64,000 bases of DNA, from the NCBI RefSeq assembly GCF_030144855.1, contig NC_082734.1, positions 3,100,001 through 3,164,000 of the forward strand. Direction: 5' to 3'. The notes beneath the pieces were generated by a model, which saw nothing but the letters and a program-made list of their open reading frames with translations, was not told where the DNA came from and searched no databases. A program made the translations under genes and the position numbers. Below are positions 24,653 through 37,657 of the stretch, piece by piece (positions within the stretch are counted from its first letter, which is position 1; every line of letters begins with the position of its first letter). The DNA comes from Hypanus sabinus. Its lineage: Eukaryota.

Positions 24653-24734
24653 TACAGGAGGGATGTAGAAGCTTTAGAGAGAGTGTAGAGGAGATCTACC
24701 AAGAGGCTGCCTGGATTAGTAAGCTTGTTTTATA

Positions 24735-25830
24735 AGACCATAAGATATAGGAGCAGAATTATGATCCAATTTTCCTCTCAGCCCCAATCTTCTGCCTTCA
24801 CCCGTATCTCCTCTGCCCTGACCACTGAATAATCTAGCGACCTCTGCCTTAAATATCCATAAAAATGGCCTCCACAGCTGCCTGTGGCAAAGAAGTCCAC
24901 AGATTCACCACTTTCTGGCTAAAGAAATTTCTCCTCATCTTCATTTTAAAAGAACGCCTTTCCATTCTGAGGTTGGATCCTCTGATCTTAGCCTTTCCCA
25001 CCGTAGGAAACATCCTGTCTACATCCACTCTATCAAGGCCTTTCACCATTTGAAAGGTTTCAATTAGGTCACCCTTGATTCTTCTGAATTCCAGTGAATA
25101 CAGGCCCAAAGCCTTCAAACACTTCATATGACGAGCTATTCAATCCTGGAATCATTTTCATGAACCTCCTTTGAACCCTGTCCAGTTTCAGTACGTCCTT
25201 TCTAAGATCGGGGGCCCAAAACAACTCACAATACTCCAAGTGAGGCCTCACCAGTGCTTTATAAAGTCAACATTACATCCTTGCTTTTATAATCTAATAC
25301 TCTTGAATGCTAACATTGCATTTGCTTTCCTCACCACGGACTCAAACTGCAAATCAACCTTTAGGGACTCCTTAGTCCCTTTGTGCCTCAGTATTTTATA
25401 TTTTCTCTCCATTTAGAAAATAGTTGACCCTTTCATTTCTTCTACCAAAGTGCATGACCATACGCTTCTTGACACTGTATACCATCTGCCATTTCTTTCA
25501 AGTCTAAGTCCTTCTATAGCCTCTCTACTTCCTCGAAACTACCTGCTCCTCCACCTATCTTCATATCACCTGCAAACTTTGCAACAAAGCCATCAATTTT
25601 ATTATCCGAATCATTGACATATTATGTAAAACAAATCAGTCCCAACACAGATCCCTGTGGAACACTAATAGCCACCGGCAGCCAACCAGAAAGGGCTCCT
25701 TTTATTTCCACTCTTTGCCTCCTGCCTTTATCAATGCTAGAATCTTTCCTGTAATACCATGGGTTTGTAGCTGGTTAAGTAGCTTTGTGTGTGGGACCTT
25801 GTCAAAGGCCTGAAAATCCAAGTACACAAC
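24735..25830 (-). mobile_element. CR1 LINE 3' fragment (RT C-terminus and 3' tail)
   Basis: RPHLEYC, LYSLEFRRIKGDLIETF and MRRNFFSQKVVNLW motifs. Confidence 0.85.
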
Positions 25831-26448
25831 ATCAGCTGATACTCTTTTGTTTTATGAGGAAAGGTTGAGTGAGCTTGGGCTTTTCCTTTTGGAACAACGG
25901 AGGATGAGAGGTGACTTGATGGAGGCATTAAGTTGAAAAGAGGCATCAGCAGAATGGGTGCCACCTTTTTCCTAGCATGGCAATTGTCAATATTAAGGGG
26001 CATAATTGGAGGGAAGTATAGGGGGGATTTTGCAGGTAAGTGTTTTACAGAGTGGTGGGTGTAGAATGCACTGGTGGTAGAATTAGGGTATTTAAGGGAC
26101 TTCAATAGGACTATGGGCTATGTAGGAGAAATGGATTAGATTCGCCTTAGAGAAGCACAACATTCTGGGCCAAATGCCCTTTACTGTGCTGTACTGTTCT
26201 ATATTCCCCGTTCTGTGTGTGGTGATGGACGGTGCGTGGTTAAAGGCGTTGGGAAGATGGACGGTCAGTGTGCAACAGGGAGCTGTTGCTGAGGGCAGCA
26301 TAAACCAGCCACGGTTACGTGGAAAAGTGGGACAGGACAAGGGAGAGGCCGAGGGGATCTGTCCCTGCTACCATTTTCTTGTGCTGAGATTTTGCATGAG
26401 GTGTGTCTGGGAGGCGCTCCAGACCTGGTGGTGTCCACCATCCCAGAG

Positions 26449-27200
26449 CAATGTTCCCTCTGATTTATAATGACCAGTGTGTGCAAAGATCTTGTGCTGT
26501 GCAATTTTTTGCCCAGTGATAACAACCTGTGCACTGGAATTTATATATAGAAGTATTAATTTTAACAACTAGCAAAACGCTGTCAATAAGGACTTTGGTT
26601 TCCTCTGGATTTGATCGTTTTCGCTGTCATGAAGGATTTTCTTGCCAGAGCTTTTGCACACCGTCCATAAGTGATTTGCTTGCTAAATTATGCTTTAAAA
26701 AGTCAAGTTTCCAAATATCACTCCACTTCTTACTACATGCAAATTCTCCAGCAACTTTTGCATCGCAACAACACACAGGTAACACCAGTTTCTGTATTGT
26801 ATGTAAATATTACTCGTAGCTGCACTTTCCTGACCTCGTGGACTTTTGGTGTAGCAGCTTCTACTGCTTCATTGAGCCATTCCGTTTTAAATGAACTAGC
26901 AGTTCTTGTCCGCTTCACGCCCTTTGCTTCCTTGAAATTTGACATAGTGAATCAATAATTTCTTCAATAAAAACAGTATAAATAAGCCAGTTCTAAAATT
27001 TGCAGACAAATCATCGCAAACTCCACATTGTCAACACCGTCCATATCAGAAACGGGAAAAGGAAATGTGATTGTGTATGATAGGGAAATATACTTAACAT
27101 GCCAACAAGGTAGAAAGTGACAACCTTTTGTGTGCAATTTTGATTCTTTTGTGCGCTAGTAACCAAAGTTGTGCGCACCATCACCTGAGAGGGAACATTG
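26449..27200 (-). mobile_element. Internally deleted hAT-type DNA transposon
   Basis: Perfect 13-nt TIR CAATGTTCCCTCT / AGAGGGAACATTG; degenerate 8-nt flanks TCCCAGAG / TCCTGGGG; minus-strand remnant SSFKTEWL...WKLDFLKH resembling a TTF-zinc-finger transposase N-terminus. Confidence 0.7.
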
Positions 27201-27391
27201 TCCTGGGGCATTGACCTGTCTCTTCCTGGTTCTGGTGTACTAATCTGATATTTCTCTCACCACTCCACAACTTTCCAATTCCTCCAACCCCCACCCCATC
27301 CCTTTCCATCTTCCCCCTCTCTCCCCTACCTCCTTCTGCTATTCCCCCCCTTCCCCTCATTCTCTTTTACCTCTCTAAACCCCACCAACAG

Positions 27392-27538
27392 TACAATGAG
27401 CTGCAGGACAAGGTTCAGTCGGCCGAGACCAAGGTGTCGGAGATGGAGACAACCATCGAGGACCTGCAGTGGGACATCGAGAAGCTTCGCAAACGCGAGC
27501 AGAAGCTCAACAAGCATCTTGCTGAGGCGCTGGAGCAG
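27392..27538 (+). CDS. RNF40: RNF40 coding exon 6
   Basis: [49 protein letters not shown]|gtgagt. Confidence 0.95.
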
Positions 27539-28257
27539 GTGAGTAGCTTCTGCATGGCCAGGCGGGCGAGGAGATCCTCCTCCTGGCGCATTCCCCCCGC
27601 CTATTCACCACTCCTTCCCTGTGCCTACAGCTAGTGGATCCAAGTTGGGAAGTCTACAAGTCCAAAGTAGACAGGATCAGAGTAAAGCCATTCGGCTCAT
27701 TGACTCTGCTCTCCATTTTGATCACAGCTGATTTATTTATCCTCTCAACCCCATTCTCTGACTTCTCCCTGTTATCCTTGACACCCTTACTAGTCAGGAA
27801 CCTATTATCCTCCCCTTTAGGTATACCCAATGACTTGGCCTCCACAGCCAGCTGAGGCAATGAATTCCTCACATTCACTACCCTCTGGCTAAAGAAATTC
27901 CTCCTCATCTCTGTTCTAAAGGGACATCTTTGTGTTAACTGCAGAATAATCATTGCTCTTTTTCCCCCTCCTTTCCTCTTGCCCCTTGCTCACCCCTCTC
28001 CCTCCCTTTCACCCACTCTGTTTTACCTCTCCTATTTTGCCCCCTCTCTCTTCCGTTCCACATCACACCTCTCCCCTTTAACCTCTTTCCTCCCCTTTCA
28101 CACCCTTTCCCTTTTTACACTCCCTTTTCCCTTCCCTCCCTTCTCTTACTCTTCTTCCCTTTCCCTCCCTTCTTACACCCTGTCCCTACTTCCCCACTCT
28201 GACCCCTCTTTTCCTCTCTCTCCCCCCTTTCCCCATTTCCTCCCTCCCTCCCCACAG

Positions 28258-28332
28258 CTGAACACAGGATACCACGTGTCAGGTGGATCCGGCGGATTCC
28301 AGGGTGGACACATCACACTTCACATACAGAAG
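28258..28332 (+). CDS. RNF40: RNF40 coding exon 7
   Basis: LNTGYHVSGGSGGFQGGHITLHIQK|gtaaac. Confidence 0.92.
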
Positions 28333-30670
28333 GTAAACTTTCCATTCCATCCCCATTCTGGGTGAGGCCTATCTCCTCTGATCCCCCCGGTAGGGTATCC
28401 CAGTGTTGGTCTGACCCCATTTTGTTCCCCTGGGGCCATGTGTTCGCTGACTCCAATTTATTGATCCTTCTGTTGAGATGCGGGGAGAAAGCAGGGTTGT
28501 CTGGTGTGTTGGGTGATATCCCTTTAAGGTGGGGATGGGGATGGCTTTTGGGAAGGCTTCAGTTATAGCAGAACTAGAATTTAAGTTCAGAAGAATATAA
28601 AAGCAGGGAGTTGATGCTGAGGTTTTATAAGGCATCGGAGTAACATGAGCAGTTTCAGCTTCATATCTAAGAAAGGATATACTGACATTGGAAAAGGTCT
28701 AGAGGAGGTTTGTGACAATGATTCCATTAAATAAAGGGTTAACATATGATGAGCATTAGGTGGTTCAAGTCCTGGAGTTCAGAAGAATGGGATCTCATTG
28801 AAACCTACTGAATATTGAAATGCCCAGATACAGCAGATGTGGAGAAGATGTTTCCAATATTGGGAAGATCTAGGACCAGAGGGCACAGGCTCAGAATAGG
28901 AGGGCCCTATAGATAGGGATGAGGAGGAATTTCTTAAGTCAGAGGGTGATAAATCCATGGAATTCATTGCCTCAGAAGGTTGTGCAGTCCAAGCTATTGG
29001 GTATATTTAAAGTGGGGGTTATTAGGTTCTTGATTAATAATGGCATCAAAGGTTATGAGGAGAAGATGGAAGAATGGGGTTGTGAGGGAAAATTAAACTC
29101 ATGATTTGATGGTGGAGCAAAGATGTTGCTCCTATATCTTATGGTCTTATAAGTGGACGCTGTGACTGGGGCTGGATCCCTGGAGAGTCCAGGGATATAA
29201 TGGGACAAACATGCCTTCTGCCCCATCTGTTTCTCTCCTGTTTTATACTTTACAAGCACATGTGAACAGTTCCAGTCATTCAGCTATAGGAGCTAGGATT
29301 AAGCTGGAGAAGGTGCCGAAAAGATTTACAAGGTCTGGTGGATTTGAGGGACTGGACAGAATGGGATTGTTTTTCCTGGAGCAAAGGAGGCTGTGGGGGG
29401 TGACATTACAGAGGATTTTAAAACAAGATAGCGTAACATAACAAGGTCATAAACTCTGTGAGGTAATGCTGCAGCTCTAAAATAACTCTGAAAAACTGAT
29501 TAATCGGTGCTTGGAGTATTGTGTTCAGTTCAGGAAGGGTGCAGAGATTTACCAGGATGTTGCCAGCTTGTCTTATGATTAGCAACGGGCTTTCTTTTCA
29601 CTTGGAGCAAAGGAAGATGAGAGGCCACTTGATCAAGGTGTGTAGAGGCACGGATGATAAGAGCATACGAGGCACAGATAGAGACATTTTCTCAGGGTGG
29701 CGGTGGCCAATACCAGAGGATGTTTGTTCAGAGTGAGTGAGGAATGTTTGGGGGGGGATATCAGAAGTAGAATTTTTACACAGAGTGGTGGGTGCATGGA
29801 ATACGCTGCTGGCAGTGGTGGTAGCGGCAGATACATTCAGGACGAAAGATAAATGGAGGATTATGGCTATATAGGAGGAAAGAGTGAGATTGATCGTGGC
29901 ATCGGTTAAAAGATTAACACAACATAATGGACTGAAGGACCACTACTGTGCTGTATGATGTTCTATGTTCTGAGCTAGTATTTTCCCTCTAAGCGGGGAA
30001 GTCCAGAAGCTAGGGAATCTGGAGAGTTTAAGATGAGAGAGGGGAGATTTAATGGGGACCTGAAGGGCATTTCCCACACAGAGGGCTCTTAGATAGGCAC
30101 GAGGATGAAAGAAAACTGGAGGGTTATGTGGGAAGGAAGGGTTAGATGGATCTTGGAGTAGGTTAAACGACCATCACAACATCGTGGGGCAAAGGGCCTG
30201 CACTGTGCTGTAATGTTCTGTGTTCTATCAATTAGAACAAAAACAAAGTCCACTGTGGTGCCAAGTGGTCATGATGTTCCTATATTCAGGCGGTGATTAG
30301 GGTCGGGCCGTTCGGTTCAAGAACTGAACGGTTGAAGGGATGTAGCTGTTCTTAAACAAGATGGTGTGGGACTTCAGGCTTCTGTACCTCCTGCCCAATG
30401 GAAGCTACAAGATGGTGGGGATCTTTGGTGGATGTTGTTGCTTTGAGGCAGCATCTCCTGTAGATACTGCCAATGGTGGGGAAGGGATGTGCCCATGATG
30501 TATTGAGCTGAGTCCACTGCTCTGCATTTTCTTACATTCTTGCACATTTGAATATTAAGTATAGGCAGGCTGGGTTTACAGAACGGTGGAGGGAGGGGGT
30601 CTCTTCACCTCACTCTTTGCCCTACCAATTGAGGTGACCTCTGCTGCTTCTTCCCACCCGACCCTCGCAG

Positions 30671-30790
30671 TTTGAGATGCTGAATGCAGAATTGGAGGAG
30701 AACAAGGAACTGGCGAACAGCCGGATGGCGGAGCTGGAAAAACTGGAGCAGGAGTTACAAGAAGCCGTGCGGGAGAATGAGAAGCTGAAG
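30671..30790 (+). CDS. RNF40: RNF40 coding exon 8
   Basis: [40 protein letters not shown]|gtaggg. Confidence 0.95.
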
Positions 30791-32419
30791 GTAGGGAGGG
30801 AGTGTGTGGGGAGTTTGTGGAGTTGGGGAATGAGAGGTATCCCAGAGGGGAAAAAGTCACAGTGCCTGAGTAACTCTCACCGTGCATGTATGACAAGACT
30901 CAGTGATCCAGCAAAGGACTGGAAAGAGGGCAAATAATAAATGATTGAATGACAATAATTGCCTCACTTAAAGTGGAGTTTATTGTCTTGTGCTCAAGTA
31001 TGTGTGCAATGCAAACGCTTACTTGCATCAGTATCACAGCCGCACAGCATCAGAATTAGGCCGTTCAGCCCATCGAATCTACTCTGCCATTCCATCACGG
31101 CTGTCTCAACCCCACCAGAGGATAAGTTAGGTAACTACAGGCAAGTGGATTTCACTTCAGTGGCGAGGTTATTGGAAAAAGCATTCTTAGGACCGGAATA
31201 GTCTGCAAAGTTAATCCTACTATCTGATTAAATTCCACCATTGTATCTTGGCTGATTTATTAACCTCTCAACCCCAGTCCTCTATCGTCTCCCTGCAACA
31301 TTTGAAGTCCTATTAACCTCCGCTTTAAATGTACCCAACAACTTGGCTTCCACAGATTCAGCACACTCTAGCTAAAGAAAATCCTCTTCATCTTTGTTCT
31401 GAAGGAATGTCTTCGTATTCTGAGTCTGTTCACTCTGGCACTAGACTCTTCGAGTATTGGAAACATTGTCTCCACGGCCACTGTAATATTTAGAAGGTTT
31501 CAATGAGATTCCCCCCACCCCACCAATCCTGCCATTCTTCTAATGGCCCAGAGTCATCTAATGCTTCTCATACCTTAACCCTTTCATTCCAGGGATTGTG
31601 ATCTGGACCCTCTGATTCCAGTACATCCCTCCTGAGACATGAAGCCCAAAACTGCTAATGATATTCCAAACGTAGTCTGACCAATGCTTATAAAACCTCA
31701 GCATTACATCCTTGCTTTTTTTAATTTCCAGACTTCTTGAAATCAATGCTAACTTTGCATTTTCTTTCCTTGCCACTGACTCAGTCAGTACTAATGACAA
31801 GGAAAACATGGACTGCACATAAATTATTTGCAGTCTTTACAAGAAAGAGTCCATAATTCTTAAATGTTGCACAGGGGTCTCTTAAATTAGAAGCAGAGGA
31901 TGCACAAAAGACTCAGCTGTCCTGCAGTGTCTGGGGAGGAGAGAGACCCTGTCTCAGAGCTGTGAGAGAGAGAGTGAGTTAGTCTTGTGTTTTAAAGAGG
32001 CTGGACAACTCATCTGCACAAGGACACGTGCAATAAGAAATTTGCAGCAGCATTCACAAGAAAAGCAGAAATTATGCGCAGCTTTCATGTGAAAGGACAC
32101 TTCAGAATTTAAAAATCTGTTGAGTAGTAAAGTGGTCACTGCTACACTGACGTGGTGATTAAGGTTCTGGCGGTTGGTTCAGGAACTGAACGGTTGAAGG
32201 GAAGTAGCTGTTCCTGAACCCGGTTGAGTGGAGGGAAGCTCAAAGCACATGTGAAAGCAGATTAATGGAGGGGTTTTTTGTACACACAGTGGGTAGTTGG
32301 AATGTGCTGCCAGGGTTGGTGGCGGAGGCAGATACGATAGAGACTTTCAAGAGGCTGTTTAGACGGGAACACAAACAGGCAGAGAAACAAGGTGGGGGGT
32401 GGATCACGGTGGTACAGGC

Positions 32420-32765
32420 AGTGACCCCGTTACAGAGGAGTATTTCCCCTATAACCCCTGTTACACAGTCAGTTTCTCCCCCATTATCCCTGTTGCAGAG
32501 TGTTTCTCCCCCATTATCCCTATTGCAGAGTGAGATCTCCCCCATTACCCCATTACAGAGTCTCTCTCCTCATTACCCCATTACAGTCTCTCCCCTCATT
32601 ACCCCATTGCAGTCTCTCCCCTCATTAGCCCATTGCAGTCTCTCCCCTCATTAGCCCATTACAGTCTCCCCCATTACCCCATTACAGAGTCTCTCCCCTC
32701 ATTAACCCATTACAGAGTGAGTCTCTTCCCCCATTACTCCATTACAGAGTCTCTCCCCTCATCAG
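32420..32765. repeat. Degenerate ~30-nt minisatellite (CCCCATTACAGAGTCTCTCCCCTCATTA)
   Basis: Visible periodicity, about 10 units. Confidence 0.8.
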
Positions 32766-32933
32766 GGGCCTCCAGCCCACCTCCAACAGGGACGCCTGTG
32801 CCACGACATCCAGGGAGTGCAAGTGCATGCAGCTTTTCTACGGCGGAAAGCGAGGTGTTTTGCCACTTGTGTGGGGCGGGTGACCCTCTGGGCTTCTGCA
32901 CCCAGGTGATTTTGCCTCTTCCCTCACACACAG

Positions 32934-33113
32934 ATTGATCTGCGGAACATCCCCGAGGAGGTGGTGAAGGAGACGGCGGAATACAAGTGCCTGCAGTCAC
33001 AGTTCTCACTGCTCTACAATGAGAGCCTGCAGGTGAAGACGCAACTGGACGAGGCTCGAGCCCTGCTACTCACCACCAAGAATGCACACCTTCGCCAGAT
33101 CGAGCACATGGAG
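32934..33113 (+). CDS. RNF40: RNF40 coding exon 9
   Basis: [42 protein letters not shown]...IEHME|gtcagg. Confidence 0.95.
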
Positions 33114-33824
33114 GTCAGGGCGAGGAGGGGGCATTATACTGGCAGCAAAGAGGAGGGTGTCAGTGAGTGGGAAGGATGCTTGGGTACAGATAGTGAGGAG
33201 GGGGTGTCACAGAGGGAGGCAGGGAGATGAGGAAGCAATGAGGGGGAAGCTCAGGAGTAGGGACATTACATTGCAGTTGTTGGTGAGGCTGCACTTGTAC
33301 TATACTATGGGAAAGACAGCATCAAGCTGGAGAAGGTGCAGATGAGATTTTACAAGGATGCTGCCTCACAGAAACGTTTAAAGCTAACAGTCTTCCCCCA
33401 AGGGTAAAGGAGTTTCGCCTGAGAGGAAGTGGTTGAGACAGGTACGATAGTATAGTTTAAAAAGCGTGGCGGGACAGGCCTAATGCAAGGAATTGGGACT
33501 AGCAGAGTGGGGTACTATTGGGTGCAGTTCTAGTCAACCAACTCTCACTCTTCCCCTCTTCCTCATTCTCCTCCTCAATGCTCCCACACCCCTCTTCATC
33601 CCCATCCTCCCCCTCCTCCCATCTTTCCCCTTCTCCTCCCTCTCCCGCCCTCCTACTTCTCCTCCCTCTTCCCCTTTATCTGTCTAAGCTACCCTCCAAT
33701 TCTCCTGCCTTCCCTCACGTCCAACCTTCTCCTTTGCCCTCCCCGTTCCTACCTCCCCTTCTCTCACCTCCACCCAACCCCCCCTCCCCCCTTTACACCT
33801 CTCTCTCTTGGCTCGCCACCCCAG

Positions 33825-33960
33825 AGTGACGAGCTGAACTTGCAGAAGAAGCTGCGGACGGAGGTGATCCAGCTGGAGGATACACTGGCCCAGGTGCGCA
33901 AGGAGTACGAGATGCTGCGCATTGAGTTTGAGCAAAACCTGGCAGCCAACGAGCAGGCAG
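33825..33960 (+). CDS. RNF40: RNF40 coding exon 10
   Basis: [46 protein letters not shown]|gtacgg. Confidence 0.95.
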
Positions 33961-34531
33961 GTACGGGCTGGGGCTGGTTGTACCGTGCTGTGTACCGTAG
34001 CTGGGATGGTCCGTGTCCCGGGAGTGTGTGACATGATCCTGTGCATGGAGCTTCACTCTGTGTCTGACCCCGGGAGTGTAGAGTCATAGAAAAGTACAGC
34101 ACAGAAACGGGCCATTTGACCCAGCTGGTCCGTACTGAACCATTTAAACTGCCTACTCCCATTGACCTGCACCGGGACCATGGCCATCCATACCCCTACC
34201 ATCCAAACTTCTCTGAAATGTTGAAATCGAGCTCGCATGCACCACTTGAACTGGCAGCTCATTCCACACTCTCATGACCATCCGAATGAAGAGGTTTTCC
34301 CTCATCTTCCCCTTAAACTTTTCACCTTTCACCCTTAACCTCTGGTTATAATCCCAACAAACCTCAGTGGAAAAATTGACCCTATCTATACCCTTCATAA
34401 TTTTGTATACCACTATCATATCTCCTCTCAATCTTCTACATTCCAAGGAATAAAGAACCTCACTCTGGAGAATGTGGCGGGACAGTGTGGAGGGAGCCTA
34501 ACCCTTTGTCTAATCCTCCACCGATCCCCAG

Positions 34532-34653
34532 GTCCCATTAACCGCGAGATGCGACACCTCATCAACAGCCTGCAGAACCACAACCATCAGCTGAAGGGGG
34601 ACGTGCAGCGTTACAAGAGGAAATTACGGGAGGCACAGACTGAGATTAACAAG
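34532..34653 (+). CDS. RNF40: RNF40 coding exon 11
   Basis: (G)[40 protein letters not shown]|gtttgt. Confidence 0.95.
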
Positions 34654-36244
34654 GTTTGTGGCAGTGAGGAAGCCAATTCCTTCTCTGTTCCCTGTTCCCT
34701 TGTCTCTTCCTGGGCAGCAGACACACCTACCCTGCACTGCGCTGCACCTTCAGTGTTTGCGAAGACTGGGAGAGGAAAATTTTATCAACACACCACACAG
34801 GAACAAGCCTTCAGTCCAACCCGTCTCTGCTGATCCAGATTCCCATTTCTTGTGGTCCTGCTAATCCTTTCCTGTCCAAGTATGTTCTAAATGTTTTTTA
34901 ACGTATCTGCCTCAACCACTTCCCCTGGCATTTCATTTCACGTATGGACCACCCCTCTTGATGAAAAAGTTGTCCCTAAGATCCCCATTCAATCTTAAAG
35001 CCTTAATGTCTCTCCCCACTCACCTTAAACCTGTGCCCTCTAGTTCTTGATTTCCCAGTGCTGTGGAAAAAGACCATGCATATTCTACACACCAAGGAAT
35101 AAAATCCCAGCCTGTCCAACCTTTTCCTATAACTGAGATCAGGCAACATACGATATAGGGGCAGAATTAGTCCATTCAACTCATTGAATCTGCTCCAACA
35201 TTCAATCATGGCTGATTAATTTCTCTCAATCCCATGCTCCTGCCTTCTCCCATAAACTTTGATGCTCTTACTAACCAATAACCTATCAACCTTCACTTTA
35301 AATATACCCAATGACTTGGCCATCTGTAACGATGAATTCCACAGATTCACTGCCCTCTGGCTAAAGAAGTTCTTCCTCATCTCTGGTCCTAGACTCTCCC
35401 AGATCTCGTAATATCCTCAGAGATCTCTTTTGCACTCTTTGCAGCTCAGTGACATCTTTCCCATTGTACAGCAACCAAAAATGAACACAAAACTCCCAAG
35501 TGCGACCTCACCAGCATCTTGTACAACTGCTACATAATGTCTCGATTCCTGTACTCAGTGCCCAGACTGATGAAGGCCAGCTTCCTTCATCATCATCCTA
35601 GCTGTGACATCACTTTCACCAAACTGTATACTTGCACTCCTTGGTGTCTCTGTTCAGCTCTTCTCAGGACCCTACTGTTCACTGTCATCCTACCTAAATC
35701 TATGACCGACTGTATAGTTCTATTGTCATCTAACTTGAGACCAGAAGACATAGGAGCAGAATTGGGCCATTCAGCCCATCGAGTCTGCTCCACCATTCTA
35801 TCATGGCCTATTTACTACCCCTCTCATCCTCATGGTCTTGCCTTCACCTGTAACCTCTGGCACTCTTACAACCCACGTACTCCCTTACAAGAACTGCTAT
35901 AAATATATCCAATGAGTGTAAAACACCTGCAGGAGTTCACCCCTTGTCATTTTATATCCCTCAAGAAGATCTCCCCTGATTCTCCTATGCTCCAGGGAAT
36001 GAAGTCTTAAACTAGTCAGTCTTTCCCAATATCTCAGGTCCAAGTCCCAGCAACATCTTTGTAAATTTTCTGTGCACTAGTTCAAGCTCATTAATCTTTC
36101 CTGTAGGTAGGTGGCTAAATCTGCATACAGTGCTCCAAATTCAGGCTCACCAATGTCTTATACAACTTCAGCATCATTTCATTTCATAGCACGTTGCATC
36201 AGACAGTCAGCCATTCTTGTCTGGCGCATGGTGTCAGGATTGGT

Positions 36245-36445
36245 CTCCTTTCAGATTAACCAGGTCAAGAAATGAACATTCCTGACTCTATCCTTGTTTT
36301 TTACGAGGCCGATTGCTAGCTCGACGCTCAACCCGGCACGGATGGAAAGCATACTCGGGGGTGGCGACTGGGTTTGAACTTGGGAGCCTTTGCTTCCAAA
36401 GTCCGGTGTTGGTGCCACTGCGGCCAGCAGCCGCAAATTCAACAT
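36245..36445 (-). mobile_element. tRNA-head SINE
   Basis: Minus-strand A-box-like sequence and B box (GTTCAAACC), followed by CCATCCGTGCCGGGTTGAGCGTCGAGCTAGCAA...CCTCGTAAAA. Confidence 0.6.
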
Positions 36446-36520
36446 AACGTCCTACTTCTGATGAAAGCAAGCTCTTCACCACCCTGACTACCTGTGACTC
36501 CACTTTCAGGGAACCATATA

Positions 36521-36725
36521 CAGGTGTTCCCCCCCCCCCCCACCCTTTACAAAGGTAGAGTGTTCCTATGAAACCTTTCTTAAGCTGAAATGGCATAAAG
36601 CGAAGAACCATTAATTTATATGGGAAAAGTTTTTGTAAAAGCAAGAATCCTCTTTTGTAATGCAAAAATGGTTACTAATGTAGGTCTTTTGTAAAAGCGA
36701 ACATTTGTAAAGTGGAGGACACCTG
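36521..36725. mobile_element. Small Tigger-type MITE
   Basis: TA-CAGGTGTTCCCC...GGAGGACACCTG-TA, inserted in a CR1 fragment. Confidence 0.75.
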
Positions 36726-37133
36726 TACCCATACCTTAAGGACTCTCTCTATTCTACAACAGTCCCCTGTCATCCATTGTACATCCTGGCCCAGTCTTCA
36801 GTTGTCACTCCTCACCCTTGCTGAATGAGGTTCCCCCCTCCCCCCGCCCACACCAGTCCTCAAAGAACCCTTGAGGTCGAGGTCCTTATTCCCTCAAGGT
36901 TCAGGTGTCAGGTCTCTCAAGGATCCCTGACCCTTCGAGAGTCCTTTGGACTCACTGGACCTTTGGTGATCCTGGTTGAGGCCCCTAGGTCCCTTGAGGG
37001 TATATTATCCCTCAGAGGTTCCCATGCTTCCAGAATCCAGACTGCTAAGTCAGTTTGATCGGATCTGACCACCTTGCACGCTATCCTTGGTCTTAACACT
37101 TTGCTTCCTTCCCTCCACTTCTCCCTTCCTCAG

Positions 37134-37657
37134 GCTCGCATGCAGTGTTACCCTCCGTCAGTCGGAAGCTCGACGCCCGCACCTCCCTCCTCCTCCTCCT
37201 CCTCTACAGTTTCCTCCTCCTCAACCTCATCTGGACCCTCTGTCGGTCCCCCTCCTGGCATGGAGGACGTGAAGGAAGAGGAGGGAGCAGCAGAGGCGAG
37301 GAAGGAGAGCCGGGAGCCCCAGCTGACACCATCCGCTCCACCAGTGGTGAAGGAGGAGAAGGAGAAGGAGGTGCCAGCAGTGGCCGAGGTAAAAGAGGAG
37401 GAGGCTCCCCCACCGAAACGGGAACCAGAACGCCCTCCTCGGACCAGGGAGAAGGAGCCAGAGAGGGAGCGGGAGAGGGAACGGGACCGCGAGCGGGACA
37501 GAGACCGAGAACGAGACAGAGACCGGGACCGCGACAGGGATCGGGACCGCGACAGGGATCGGGACAGAGACCGCGACAAAGACAAGGACAAGTCCAAGGG
37601 CGACGATGCCAAGAAGAAGGATTCTGACGTCCTGAAGCAGCTGAAAGTGGAGCTCAA
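37134..37657 (+). CDS. RNF40: RNF40 coding exon 12 (Ser/Pro-rich linker and RE/RD dipeptide repeat)
   Basis: cag|GCT...CTC AA|gtgagg; ends KKKDSDVLKQLKVEL(K); phase fits the next exon. Confidence 0.88.

Noticed and set aside
36360-36445. tRNA gene
   Set aside because: Only A/B-box-like motifs without a convincing cloverleaf, continuing into SINE body sequence.
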